Below, in pieces: positions 1-9,402 of a stretch of 64,000 nucleotides of DNA. The notes beneath the pieces were generated by a model. The model did not search any database. It worked only from the letters and a program-made list of their open reading frames with translations, and was not told where the DNA came from. Source of the stretch: a virus (taxonomy: Duplodnaviria; Caudoviricetes); the IMG/VR virus record IMGVR_UViG_3300042888_002988, positions 32,001-96,000 of that record, one strand, 5' to 3'. Made by a program: the position numbers and the translations under genes. Positions within the stretch are counted from its first letter, which is position 1; each line of letters opens with the position of its first letter.

Positions 1-13
1 TAACGATAGGAAC

Positions 14-373
14 GTGGTCAACGCCATGACCCAGTATGGAGGTGGATTTGTCAAAGCTCTCGCTGAGGCGGCGCGCAAAGCGGATCCTACCAACCTGGAA
101 GCAATCAAGAACGCGTGGCCGGACTACTGGGTGAAATACTCAGGTATGGTCGACACGCCGCCACCGTCACCGCGCGTGTTCAACGTGCCGGTGGCGTTCA
201 CGTTCAGCGGGGTGTTCCACATCCGCGCCAACGACGAAGAAGGAGCGGTCGAAGCTGCCAATGAGCATGTCGGCCTGGTCCTTGGAGGAAACATTCACAG
301 CACCCTGCCGGACGAGGATGTCAACTGGGAGTTCCCAGCGCACCCGGATCGCGCAGTGGGAACTCCATACTGA
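14..373 (+). CDS. Hypothetical phage protein, 5'-truncated
   Basis: Frame is open from position 2; YGGGFVKALAEA..AD..N motif recalled from small phage proteins. Confidence 0.7.
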   Translation: MVNAMTQYGGGFVKALAEAARKADPTNLEAIKNAWPDYWVKYSGMVDTPPPSPRVFNVPVAFTFSGVFHIRANDEEGAVEAANEHVGLVLGGNIHSTLPDEDVNWEFPAHPDRAVGTPY

Positions 374-374
374 C

Positions 375-629
375 ATGAGCCGACAACCCAATGGAATGCT
401 GCAGCCCACCATCCTGGTCACCAAGATGGTCGACAGGGCGCACAAGCACCTCCACGTCGGATACGACACCTACCGTGAACTGCGGAAGGATCTGAAGCGA
501 CAGCTGGAAGAGAGCGTGGACGACACGATCAGCGTGGCGCGCTCCAAGCGTGGCCAAGGATTCGAGTGGTTCGAGATCTGGGAACTGTCCGGCGGCAAGC
601 CGCGACTGGTCCGGGAGGGATGGCAATGA
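375..629 (+). CDS. Hypothetical protein
   Basis: ATG 375 follows the upstream TGA; co-directional array. Confidence 0.65.
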   Translation: MSRQPNGMLQPTILVTKMVDRAHKHLHVGYDTYRELRKDLKRQLEESVDDTISVARSKRGQGFEWFEIWELSGGKPRLVREGWQ

Positions 630-645
630 ATCAAACAGCAACAGT

Positions 646-1521
646 ATGAAAACCAAACCGTATAAACCAACATCCAAGCAAGAGTTCGCCGCCAACGCGG
701 CGAGGAATTACCTCCGTCAGCGCGGGGGAGTCGAAGAAGACGCGATCAATGAGGAGAAGCAGTGCATCGAGATCGGCACCTCATACCGCGAGAGTGCCGG
801 TGACGACGAGCCGTCGGAGCAACTCCGCAAGGAAGTGGCTGCGCATGTCAAAGCGTTGCGTGAGCTGTCGCCGCTGGTCTACGTCTCCACCGAGGAGATC
901 GACGAGTGGATCCACCTGACGGCACGCGTGAAGGACAAGCCGCGCAAGGACAAGCCCGAGCTGATGAAGGATCTGGCGAAGGTGGTCCTCGATCGCCTGC
1001 CGGAATCGGTGAGCAAACACCCGAAGTCCCGGTTCATCGGCCAGGAGTATTCCCGCAACTACTGCGGCACGATTGCTGTGCTGACGGAGGTGACTTACAC
1101 CTACGGCAAGCGGAGTGTTCGCCTTGGCTGGCAGCTGGACGGTGACACGACCAACGGCTGGAAGCTGCGCGTGGAGTGGGGCGACCATAGAATCGTCCGG
1201 CCCGCCAAGTTCAAGAAGCTGACGCCGGCCACCGTGCTGGACCAGTTCGACAAGCTGCTGGCACGCCTGGAGGATCCGCTGGGCGCCATGGGATGGACGA
1301 TCAACGTCCTGATCAACGGCGATTACATCAAGAACCTGAGCGGGCGCGTGCGGGAGAGCTTCGATCTCTACACAGTCACCGACAAGGCACGCACGGTCGT
1401 CGTGTCGTGCCGCCAGGGGACTCACGTGGAGTTCACCAACAACTACAGCGGCAAGACCATCAAGGTCGCTGTCGGCGAGCCGCTACCGGCCGAAGTCCTG
1501 CCAGTCAACATCGAAGAGTAA
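646..1521 (+). CDS. Hypothetical protein
   Basis: AC-rich leader then ATG 646; 291 aa ORF. Confidence 0.7.
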   Translation: MKTKPYKPTSKQEFAANAARNYLRQRGGVEEDAINEEKQCIEIGTSYRESAGDDEPSEQLRKEVAAHVKALRELSPLVYVSTEEIDEWIHLTARVKDKPRKDKPELMKDLAKVVLDRLPESVSKHPKSRFIGQEYSRNYCGTIAVLTEVTYTYGKRSVRLGWQLDGDTTNGWKLRVEWGDHRIVRPAKFKKLTPATVLDQFDKLLARLEDPLGAMGWTINVLINGDYIKNLSGRVRESFDLYTVTDKARTVVVSCRQGTHVEFTNNYSGKTIKVAVGEPLPAEVLPVNIEE

Positions 1522-1527
1522 ACGATC

Positions 1528-2100
1528 ATGATCAGAACCAAGTATTACAAACCCCAGGAGAAAAGCAGGCGAGCCAACGCTAGAGCCGAAGCAGACGCGA
1601 ACCAGCTCATGCTGGATTTCAACGCGGTCCGCGACGCTTTCGCCAAGCCAGCGGATGCCGTAGCCGCGGCGGACGTGGCATTGCAGGCTGCACGTGACGT
1701 TGTCATCGCGGCCTTGGATGAGTTCGGAAGAGTCGCGCGCAACATGGCAGCCGGCAGGGCCAGCAACCATGTTGTGGTACGCAACGATAAGTCACCGACG
1801 CCGTCCAAGCCACCACTCGACATCAAGGACGCCGAAGTCTACGAGACCCGGAAAGCTGTGCGCAGTATTGTGGGTAACCTCCGCATCCTGTGCTGTGTTG
1901 ACTGGTCGGAGATGTGGACGTTGGTTTACGACGAACACTACGCGCGCAGCCCTAATCGCTACCACCCGATAGCAGCCAGCCGGGGGCGCAAGTCGCACCT
2001 GGCAAAGGTCGTCAAGGACGGAGAGCTGTTCAACCTCTACGACACCGTAATCGCGATGTTGAAGGATGACCGCTTTCGCCGCCCGCAACGAGTCCCATAA
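1528..2100 (+). CDS. Hypothetical protein
   Basis: ORF tightly packed in the array. Confidence 0.65.
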   Translation: MIRTKYYKPQEKSRRANARAEADANQLMLDFNAVRDAFAKPADAVAAADVALQAARDVVIAALDEFGRVARNMAAGRASNHVVVRNDKSPTPSKPPLDIKDAEVYETRKAVRSIVGNLRILCCVDWSEMWTLVYDEHYARSPNRYHPIAASRGRKSHLAKVVKDGELFNLYDTVIAMLKDDRFRRPQRVP

Positions 2101-2111
2101 CCACCACCGAT

Positions 2112-2342
2112 ATGAAAAAAATCGTGAAAGCAACTATCGGCCCAATGCCGAGACCCATGCCGCAGGGCATGTTCGACCCGATGCCCACCGTCAAAGTTGA
2201 TTATGACGACGGCACCGAGGAAACGCTGTTCGAGTTCTATCCGGACGAGATCAGCTTTGGGGAGTCGCAGTTCGTGGGCCTGACCCGCGACGAGGCTCTG
2301 GAAGTCCGGCATAAGAAAGACGTCGCCTACATCAGGTCATGA
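2112..2342 (+). CDS. Small conserved phage protein
   Basis: FYPDEISF..FVGLT..EA...KD.AY motif recalled from phage hypotheticals. Confidence 0.7.
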   Translation: MKKIVKATIGPMPRPMPQGMFDPMPTVKVDYDDGTEETLFEFYPDEISFGESQFVGLTRDEALEVRHKKDVAYIRS

Positions 2343-3082
2343 GCCGCAGCCACTGGGACGACGTGCCGGGGCATCCGGTCGAGGACTGGCAGTATGAGGT
2401 GCGCAATGGCGATACGCGCCAAAGCTACACCGAGTGGGTCGCCGGTCGGGTCGATGCAGATCCAGACGAATACTGCCGCACCTGTTCCGAGCCCTACGAT
2501 GGGCACGGCGACGGTTACGACGGCGAGTGTCCTTCGTGCGCCGACAAGACCGAGGCCAAACGGCTGGAGGAAGAGGGAGGCTGCGGTGATGATGACGATG
2601 GCTGTCCGCCCAGAGAGCCATCTGAGACGCTGCAGATTCCGATTCCTCCGCCGGCCCCCAGGTTCACGCAGGAAGGTGTCAGCTACACGCTGTCTATGAC
2701 GTCCGCGCAAGCTGGCGTCGTGATGCTGGCCTGCGAGCTGTTCATGCGTATGCGAATGGGTCAGGTGCACAACTGCCTGAGCGAGCATCTACCGTGGTCC
2801 GGCAACTTCGTGAGTCAGCGCCACGAGGCACTGCGGGCTACCTGCAGATCACTCGGGCGATACCTGCGCGACAACATCAACGGCTACTCGTCGTCGTATG
2901 GTGTCACGTCGGAGAACCTCGATCCGCACGCCAAGGTGGCAGCCGACTTGCACGACGTGATCCGCTATCGACTAGCGTGGGACAGCGTGAAGGACAGCCG
3001 TGAACCCGGTCCGTTCGTTCAATACGACAAGCCGATGCACTGGGGAAGAGAACCGTTAGCAACTATCACCAAACAAGAATGA
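2339..3082 (+). CDS. Hypothetical composite protein with CxxC...CxxC Zn ribbon
   Basis: ATGA overlap; CRTC...CPSC. Confidence 0.7.
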   Translation: MSRSHWDDVPGHPVEDWQYEVRNGDTRQSYTEWVAGRVDADPDEYCRTCSEPYDGHGDGYDGECPSCADKTEAKRLEEEGGCGDDDDGCPPREPSETLQIPIPPPAPRFTQEGVSYTLSMTSAQAGVVMLACELFMRMRMGQVHNCLSEHLPWSGNFVSQRHEALRATCRSLGRYLRDNINGYSSSYGVTSENLDPHAKVAADLHDVIRYRLAWDSVKDSREPGPFVQYDKPMHWGREPLATITKQE

Positions 3083-3885
3083 AAATCAGAGTTCACGAAA
3101 TTGAATGTTACGTCGGCTACGCCAAGCCGATCTTCCGCGGTATCTACCTGCCGAAGATCGAAGCGGAGATCGCCGACGTGTGCCGCAAGGACTGGTCCGG
3201 CAGGGACTGGGATGGATACTGGGAGACCAAGGAGAAGGGCCTCACGGCGAAGCAGAAAGATGAACTGGAGGAGTCCGAAGGCTACGGTGAGGTGCCACCC
3301 ATCCCGTCAATGGACGCCGAAGTCATCGCCACCTACTTCTACGATAGCAATGAAGATTCTATTGCAGACGACGATGACGAGAGCGCCTACTGGATCTTCC
3401 GGAACTACTACGACTTGGACCTGAGTCCCGAGCCGGACGTTCCGATCGACCTGACCGTGGACACCAACCCGTTTACGGTCACAAGGGATGAGGCGGCGCG
3501 CAGCAAGGGCCGAGCCAAGAAGCGGCTGATCGAAGCTGGAGCGCACACCACTGGCACTCTCATGGAGGAGTCTGGCTTAGTGGGGGACGCCCTGGAAAGC
3601 TTCGTCATGCAGCTGACCGCCGCTGGGTTCCCGGTGCACCTGCCGGAGTTCAAGAATTGCTTGCGGGACTGCTGCGTGCGCATCGCGGACGAGATGGATA
3701 AGCCTACGGAAAGTATGGAGCTGGCGTTGTCCAACGCCGGCCTGCTGATCGGGCGCGATCTCGCCTACGAATCGTGGGTGGTTAATCGCATCGAAGGAGA
3801 ATCATGCGTGCTGGTGAAAGGCCAGCCCACATGCGGATTCAAGACCCGCAACGAAGCGGTGGCGTTTGCTTTCGAGCTGACCTGA
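3079..3885 (+). CDS. Hypothetical acidic protein
   Basis: ATGA overlap; 268 aa. Confidence 0.7.
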   Translation: MKIRVHEIECYVGYAKPIFRGIYLPKIEAEIADVCRKDWSGRDWDGYWETKEKGLTAKQKDELEESEGYGEVPPIPSMDAEVIATYFYDSNEDSIADDDDESAYWIFRNYYDLDLSPEPDVPIDLTVDTNPFTVTRDEAARSKGRAKKRLIEAGAHTTGTLMEESGLVGDALESFVMQLTAAGFPVHLPEFKNCLRDCCVRIADEMDKPTESMELALSNAGLLIGRDLAYESWVVNRIEGESCVLVKGQPTCGFKTRNEAVAFAFELT

Positions 3886-3947
3886 CCACCACGACAACAA
3901 AGCCAGATTGAGGAGTATTAAACGCAAATTATTTACAACCATAGAAC

Positions 3948-5765
3948 ATGTCCAAAGTTACCACTGAGCGGCGCACCATGCGCGCCCACAACAACCTCGT
4001 CCTGCAAGTGATCAAGTCGCAAGCAGGCACCTTGTCCAAAGCCATCCTGGAGGGCGTCATGAACTCCATCGACCAGGAGGCTCCCAACATCATCGTGACC
4101 ATCGGTGCGGATCGGGTCCGCATCGAGGACGACGGCAAAGGCTTCGCCGGCCAGGTCGTCAAAGACGTGTTCGAAGAGTTCGGCAACCCCCATCCGATGG
4201 ATGACGAGGGCTTTGCCAAGGACACGAAGTTCGGCAAGTTCCGGATCGGACGCGGGCAGATGTTCGCGTTCGGCAAGAACGTCTGGCGCTCGGCTGAGTT
4301 CCAGATGACCACCGACATCGACAACATGGGACTCGAATACGATTACGAGGAGGGTCACACCTTCCAGCCGGGTTGTATCGTCGAGATCTCACTCTACGAG
4401 GCGCTGTCGCTCCGGGAGATCCAGAACACCATCGACCAGATCACCCGGTTCTGCCGCTACACGGAGAGCAACCTGGTGGTGAACGGCGAGAGCATCGCGG
4501 TGGATCCCGCCAAGCTCAAGTGGGACGTGGTCACCCCCGAAGCCTACATCAAGAAGAAGGTGGTCGAGCACCGCTGGCGTGGGGGCACAGGACTGGACGT
4601 CTACCAGCAGGGTGTCTTTGTCGAGACTCTGCCGACGTCCGAGTTCGGGCTCGAGGGGACGATCGTCATCCGCCAGGAGGTCAGCGTCAACTTCGCCCGC
4701 AACCAGGTCCTTCGCCGGTGCAAGCGCTGGAAGAAGATCGCGGCTCTGCTCAAGGAGGAGGGCATCAAGGACATCGCGAAGAAGTCCAAGCTGACCCGTC
4801 AAGAGGCCCGCAACTTTGTTGAGGAGTTCTCCGGCGGCGAGGGAGGCGTTTCCTACAACACGTTCTTCTCGACGGCGTGCATGCCTGACATCACCGGCAA
4901 GATGTGGTCGGCGGAGCAGCTGCTCAAGCTGATCAACTCGAACGCCAAGGTGCCGAAGATCCTGCGTGACGAAGACGGCCGCCTTCGCCTGGGCTTCGCT
5001 CCCAAGGGCGACCGTGAGGCCGAGAAGGTGATGCAGATGCGCCGGGCTGTGGTGCTGGACGAAGTGGTGCTGGAGCAGTTGCGGGTGGATCACATCGCGG
5101 ATCTCGCCGAGCAAGGACTGGCGGCCGTGCGTGCCATCTCCGGCCTCGACATGACCGGCGCTGCGCCGCCCAACCACTACGACCGTTTCCGCGGCAACCT
5201 GGTATGGCGTGACTACCGCGCGCTGCTGGAAGACGTGGACGACCGGGACTACCACCGCTTCAGCGCTGACGAGTTCACACCGCGCGAGGATGACTTCCTG
5301 CGTTGCGTGGACCAAATCATGCGCAGCTTGGACAGCCACATGCATGGGTGGCAGGATCGTGAGAACCGGTCCGCCGGTATTGGCGCCTCGGCCCTCAGCG
5401 ATGCCTGGACTGACGGCGCAACCTACATCACCTTCGACCGTGAGTTCGTCTCCAAGCTCGACCTGGGCATGGAACGCGACTGGTTCAAGGTGGGTCTGCA
5501 GATTGCCAAGCTCTACGCCTACCGTGAGGACAGCACCAAGAGCGGCGACATCGAGGACGGTATCGAGTATCTGCAGTGCTATGCTGATCTCACGAAGATG
5601 CTGCCGGACGCCTGCCGTCACGCCTACCAGATCTGCGTGACACTGATGTCCCGGCGTGCCGGTAAGCTGCCCAAGTCGATGCAGAACAACATCAACAAGG
5701 AAGCGGAAACGCACGCCACGCTGATGGTCGCGTATCAGGACCCCGCCACCTTCCTCGCCAACTGA
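3948..5765 (+). CDS. GHKL (Hsp90/MORC-like) ATPase
   Basis: EGVMNSID (N box), IEDDGKGF (G1 box), GKFRIGRG (G2 box). Confidence 0.8.
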   Translation: MSKVTTERRTMRAHNNLVLQVIKSQAGTLSKAILEGVMNSIDQEAPNIIVTIGADRVRIEDDGKGFAGQVVKDVFEEFGNPHPMDDEGFAKDTKFGKFRIGRGQMFAFGKNVWRSAEFQMTTDIDNMGLEYDYEEGHTFQPGCIVEISLYEALSLREIQNTIDQITRFCRYTESNLVVNGESIAVDPAKLKWDVVTPEAYIKKKVVEHRWRGGTGLDVYQQGVFVETLPTSEFGLEGTIVIRQEVSVNFARNQVLRRCKRWKKIAALLKEEGIKDIAKKSKLTRQEARNFVEEFSGGEGGVSYNTFFSTACMPDITGKMWSAEQLLKLINSNAKVPKILRDEDGRLRLGFAPKGDREAEKVMQMRRAVVLDEVVLEQLRVDHIADLAEQGLAAVRAISGLDMTGAAPPNHYDRFRGNLVWRDYRALLEDVDDRDYHRFSADEFTPREDDFLRCVDQIMRSLDSHMHGWQDRENRSAGIGASALSDAWTDGATYITFDREFVSKLDLGMERDWFKVGLQIAKLYAYREDSTKSGDIEDGIEYLQCYADLTKMLPDACRHAYQICVTLMSRRAGKLPKSMQNNINKEAETHATLMVAYQDPATFLAN

Positions 5766-5965
5766 TGAAGTATCAAGTGGTCGTAGGCAATATCGGCACC
5801 GTCTATGACGGTAACTCGTATCTACTGGCGATCCGCACCTACGGTGAATACGTCGATCAGTCGAAGACCAACTATGGGAGGGCTGCCGGGGAACCGGTGG
5901 CCCTCTTTGAGGACGGAGAAATTATCAAGGAGCTGGAAAAGCATGAACCTGAACCACCTGATTGA
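5765..5965 (+). CDS. Small hypothetical protein
   Basis: TGATG overlap; YQVVVGNIGTVY motif. Confidence 0.65.
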   Translation: MKYQVVVGNIGTVYDGNSYLLAIRTYGEYVDQSKTNYGRAAGEPVALFEDGEIIKELEKHEPEPPD

Positions 5966-6233
5966 TCTGGCTCGCCTTTTGCGGACCTTGAAGTTGTCCC
6001 CGCTGCGTGCCGCCTGCTTGGTCCTCATCCAGAAGAACGAGCAGCGCGGCATTCCTTTGAGACACCTGGCTACCATGCTGGGTGTCTCATTGGCCGGCGC
6101 CAAGATGACCATGCGCCGGCTGGAGGAGGAAGGCTACCTGAAGCTGCTGCCGAAACGCGGCACCAAGAGGGTAAAACTCTACGAGGTCACCGAAGCGGGC
6201 GTAGGCGCCCTCATCCAACTTGAGCAAGTATGA
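5943..6233 (+). CDS. MarR-like winged-helix protein
   Basis: LRHLATMLGVSLAGAKMTMRRLEEEGYL...YEVTEAG wHTH pattern. Confidence 0.75.
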   Translation: MNLNHLIDLARLLRTLKLSPLRAACLVLIQKNEQRGIPLRHLATMLGVSLAGAKMTMRRLEEEGYLKLLPKRGTKRVKLYEVTEAGVGALIQLEQV

Positions 6234-6763
6234 AAAAGAATAGACGAACCACCCTGATGCCGGGAGGCATGCCAAAGTATATCCGCTGCTACGACAATGG
6301 TGGCGGGTTCAAAAGATTCTGTAGGTGCTGCCTGCACTTCACTGACGCCGAGGTCTGCGACTCCCTAGTACCGAACCCTAAGCACCCGGAACGCAAGTCA
6401 TGCGGCCACAAAACGATACCTGCCGGTAAAGGGACGTTCGACCGCTACACCGTGGTGTTTACCGGCAACTTCAAGGGCCGCAACCATCGCACGTTCTACG
6501 TGGGGATGAGTCGCGACCCTTTCCACCCGCAGGGCTTCGGCCAGCACGGGGATACTGAGGAGCCATTCGACTCGCCAGGTTGCAGCCGGCCCGCGGCCGT
6601 CGGTAACAAGGCCAAGTGGGGTAATGGCGACAGCCGCCGCATCACGTTCCAACGCCTGACTCCTGAGGGTCAGCGGTTGGTGATACGCGACTACATGGCG
6701 ATCTGGGGAATCAACAAATACATCCAAACCGAATTCAATCTGTGCCAAACACCAACTGCCTAG
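6230..6763 (+). CDS. Hypothetical protein
   Basis: ATGA overlap; DRYTVVF..MS..PFHPQGFGQH motif. Confidence 0.7.
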   Translation: MKKNRRTTLMPGGMPKYIRCYDNGGGFKRFCRCCLHFTDAEVCDSLVPNPKHPERKSCGHKTIPAGKGTFDRYTVVFTGNFKGRNHRTFYVGMSRDPFHPQGFGQHGDTEEPFDSPGCSRPAAVGNKAKWGNGDSRRITFQRLTPEGQRLVIRDYMAIWGINKYIQTEFNLCQTPTA

Positions 6764-7419
6764 AGCACCGTCAATGTCCGCAATGCCAGCAGACCGATAG
6801 ATTCGACATCACCGCTACAGCCACCTTCCGTCTCCTCGACGACGGCACGGAATACCATGGCGACGTGGAGTATGATGAAGACAACGCAGCCGCCTGCCCC
6901 GATTGTGGGTGGAGCGGTAAGTGGGGAGAGACGCAGATGAAGCTCTGCATGCACTGCCAGGAGCCCGTGCTGATCCGTGTGAGTGACCAGCTGCTCGTGC
7001 ATGCGGACGAGGACGAAGACCCGTCGGTGGAAGACTACGGCTGGGTGCAATGCTCCGGCGGCGAGACGAATGCCGATCTGGCGCCCCCGCCACCGGCCAC
7101 CAAGCAACGCTTCTGGGCGTCGTGGCTGCAGCCGACCGAGGACTATCGTGCCGTCACCTTCCCACCCAACGAGGCCATCATCGGCTACTGGTGCAGTGGG
7201 TATGCGAGCGGGGCGAACGACGAGGCGGTCCCGATCCTGTGCGCCGTGGTCGACGCGGCGGACGAAGAAGCTGCCGCTGAAGCCGTAAAGAAGGACTGGC
7301 CCGAGTGGCCGGAGTGGCGGTTCATCGAGCCACGCCACCCGGACTTCAAACCCGGCGACCGGTTCCCAATCGAGTCGGAGTGGATGCAGAAAAGATTCAA
7401 CCATAAACCAACCACATGA
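6742..7419 (+). CDS. Composite protein with N-terminal Zn ribbon
   Basis: MPNTNCL...CPQC...CPDC; apparently several fused small domains. Confidence 0.7.
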   Translation: MPNTNCLEHRQCPQCQQTDRFDITATATFRLLDDGTEYHGDVEYDEDNAAACPDCGWSGKWGETQMKLCMHCQEPVLIRVSDQLLVHADEDEDPSVEDYGWVQCSGGETNADLAPPPPATKQRFWASWLQPTEDYRAVTFPPNEAIIGYWCSGYASGANDEAVPILCAVVDAADEEAAAEAVKKDWPEWPEWRFIEPRHPDFKPGDRFPIESEWMQKRFNHKPTT

Positions 7420-7934
7420 TTCAGATCAGAACCACAATGCCGACACCGGACGGCGAAATCACTCCGGAGTTCCGCCGCGACATGGCTGCCGCCTTTGCGC
7501 GGTTCATGCCGGACTACCACATGCACAAGGGCTCGGTGCCCTACCCCGTGCAGCATGAGGACGGGCCCTACGTCATCGACGGCAACAACAACTGGTGGTG
7601 CCGCGTCGACGAGGATGACGGCCAGCTCATCACCCTCGAATACCGCGACGAATCCCGCAACCCAGGGCGCGAGTTCGCGTTTGCCAACTGGGTGCTGCGC
7701 TGCCGTCAGGGCTGGGAGCGCGTGCCGGCCGCTCACGCTGGTAACGGCGTCTCTCTGCGCGTCAGCGTGGACATGGATGTGAAGCTGCCACGCAAGTTCG
7801 ATGCCGAAGAGCTGGTCACCATCAGCTTCGAGATCCCAATCGATGCTGTCGGCGTGTTCATCGACTCCCAGCTCATTCTTGGGGCCAAGGTGACTGGCTA
7901 CACCACGCAAGCGGATGTGGAGGTGACGTCGTGA
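7416..7934 (+). CDS. Hypothetical protein
   Basis: ATGA overlap, AC-rich leader. Confidence 0.65.
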   Translation: MIQIRTTMPTPDGEITPEFRRDMAAAFARFMPDYHMHKGSVPYPVQHEDGPYVIDGNNNWWCRVDEDDGQLITLEYRDESRNPGREFAFANWVLRCRQGWERVPAAHAGNGVSLRVSVDMDVKLPRKFDAEELVTISFEIPIDAVGVFIDSQLILGAKVTGYTTQADVEVTS

Positions 7935-8392
7935 GCGGTGAACTCTACGACCTGCCGGGGCTTGAGGTTGGTGACCCGCTCATGGCGGAGGCGATGACCT
8001 CGCACACCCTGGTGGGCTACCGTGACGGCCCCTACCCGATGGCGAGCGGCAACTGCTTCTCGGTGCGCGTCGACCCCGGCGAGGAATACAGGATCGTCAA
8101 CTTTGGCTACGAGAACCTCAGGGAGGCCATCCGCCGCGGAATAACGTGGCCGATCCAGATCCTGCCGATCGCCCTGAAGCTGGCCGTCATCCACGACACC
8201 CGGATCCCGGACTCTTGGTATTCGAAACAGTGGTGTGAGACATGCTGCCCCACGCGGTTCCTGCCGCCGCCGCAGAGACTCGCGCACCTGCGTGACATCG
8301 AGAGGGGACACCGTATAGAGACGGGCACCACGGTGCAGTATCCGCTGCCTCGCAATCACCCAGTGCTCGCCGAGCCGGAGGTGAAGTCGTGA
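7931..8392 (+). CDS. Hypothetical protein
   Basis: GGAGGT-N6-GTGA coupled start. Confidence 0.65.
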   Translation: MSGELYDLPGLEVGDPLMAEAMTSHTLVGYRDGPYPMASGNCFSVRVDPGEEYRIVNFGYENLREAIRRGITWPIQILPIALKLAVIHDTRIPDSWYSKQWCETCCPTRFLPPPQRLAHLRDIERGHRIETGTTVQYPLPRNHPVLAEPEVKS

Positions 8393-8766
8393 GCGTGAAG
8401 AATCACCGGCGCAGGTTCATTGACGCCAACGCACGCCTGAGGCGCGGGCGGAGGCTCTACGTGTTCCTGTGTCGGCACGCGGTGCATGCATCGACGGACG
8501 ACAGCGTGCTCATCCACATGTCGAACCGCATGATGAAGGCCGGGCTCTACGCTGCGCACGTCCACCTGCGGGACGACCGGGCGCGCGCCGCCCAGAGCCG
8601 GGACTACCGGTATCGGATCGCGCGGTGGATGTTCAACATCGAGCGCGGTTCGTATGGCCAGGCAAGGCCGCGAGAGTGGACCGACTGGTTGCGCGCCAAT
8701 GGGTTCAGCTGGAACTTCCACAAGCTCTGCGCCCGAGGACAGATGAAGGACAAAATCGCCGGATGA
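8389..8766 (+). CDS. Hypothetical basic protein
   Basis: GGAGGT-N6-GTGA coupled start. Confidence 0.65.
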   Translation: MSVKNHRRRFIDANARLRRGRRLYVFLCRHAVHASTDDSVLIHMSNRMMKAGLYAAHVHLRDDRARAAQSRDYRYRIARWMFNIERGSYGQARPREWTDWLRANGFSWNFHKLCARGQMKDKIAG

Positions 8767-8786
8767 ACCGGTCACGTATTCCACCT

Positions 8787-9122
8787 ATGAAAAAGAAAAT
8801 CACCAAGGATCAGGCGATCCAACTGCTGGACATGGCGAAGGCCGTTGTCGTCGATGAGGAGGGCGTCTGTGGCGTCTGCTTTCACAATACCTACGAGGAG
8901 GCGGCGGACGTCGGCGACATGTGGCTTGAGGCACGCTTCGAGGACAGCGACGGACGCGAGTTCGAGTTCGAGGTCACCGAGGCTGAAGGCATCACTTGGG
9001 ACGGGACTACCCTGACTGTGGTCCACGAGGACGAGGAGCTGACATTCCTCCCGCTCGTGTCCGCCAGGATGATTCCAGACTTCGTGAAGCGGAGCAACGA
9101 ACTGCTGGCACCACGCGAATAG
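8787..9122 (+). CDS. Hypothetical acidic protein
   Basis: ATG 8787 after CCACCT leader. Confidence 0.65.
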   Translation: MKKKITKDQAIQLLDMAKAVVVDEEGVCGVCFHNTYEEAADVGDMWLEARFEDSDGREFEFEVTEAEGITWDGTTLTVVHEDEELTFLPLVSARMIPDFVKRSNELLAPRE

Positions 9123-9132
9123 AACAACACCT

Positions 9133-9402
9133 ATGGCTAAGACCACCACCGAAGTAATGCGGGCCGTGGCGCAGGTTATTGACAAGGAAATCAATGACGT
9201 GCGCCAGGAGGAACGCCTGCAGGCCATCACGGACGTCAGTGGCGTCCTGACGTGGCTGCATACGGAACCGCCCCCGACGATCGAACAGCTCAGGGAATGG
9301 ACTCTTCTGGAGTTCGCCCGAGCATCAGCCCGCTGCGATGCCGGCAGCGGGATCCGCAAACAGATATTCCACTATCGAAACCTACCCAAACCACCACCGT
9401 GA
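9133..9402 (+). CDS. Hypothetical protein
   Basis: AC-rich leader; 89 aa. Confidence 0.6.
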   Translation: MAKTTTEVMRAVAQVIDKEINDVRQEERLQAITDVSGVLTWLHTEPPPTIEQLREWTLLEFARASARCDAGSGIRKQIFHYRNLPKPPP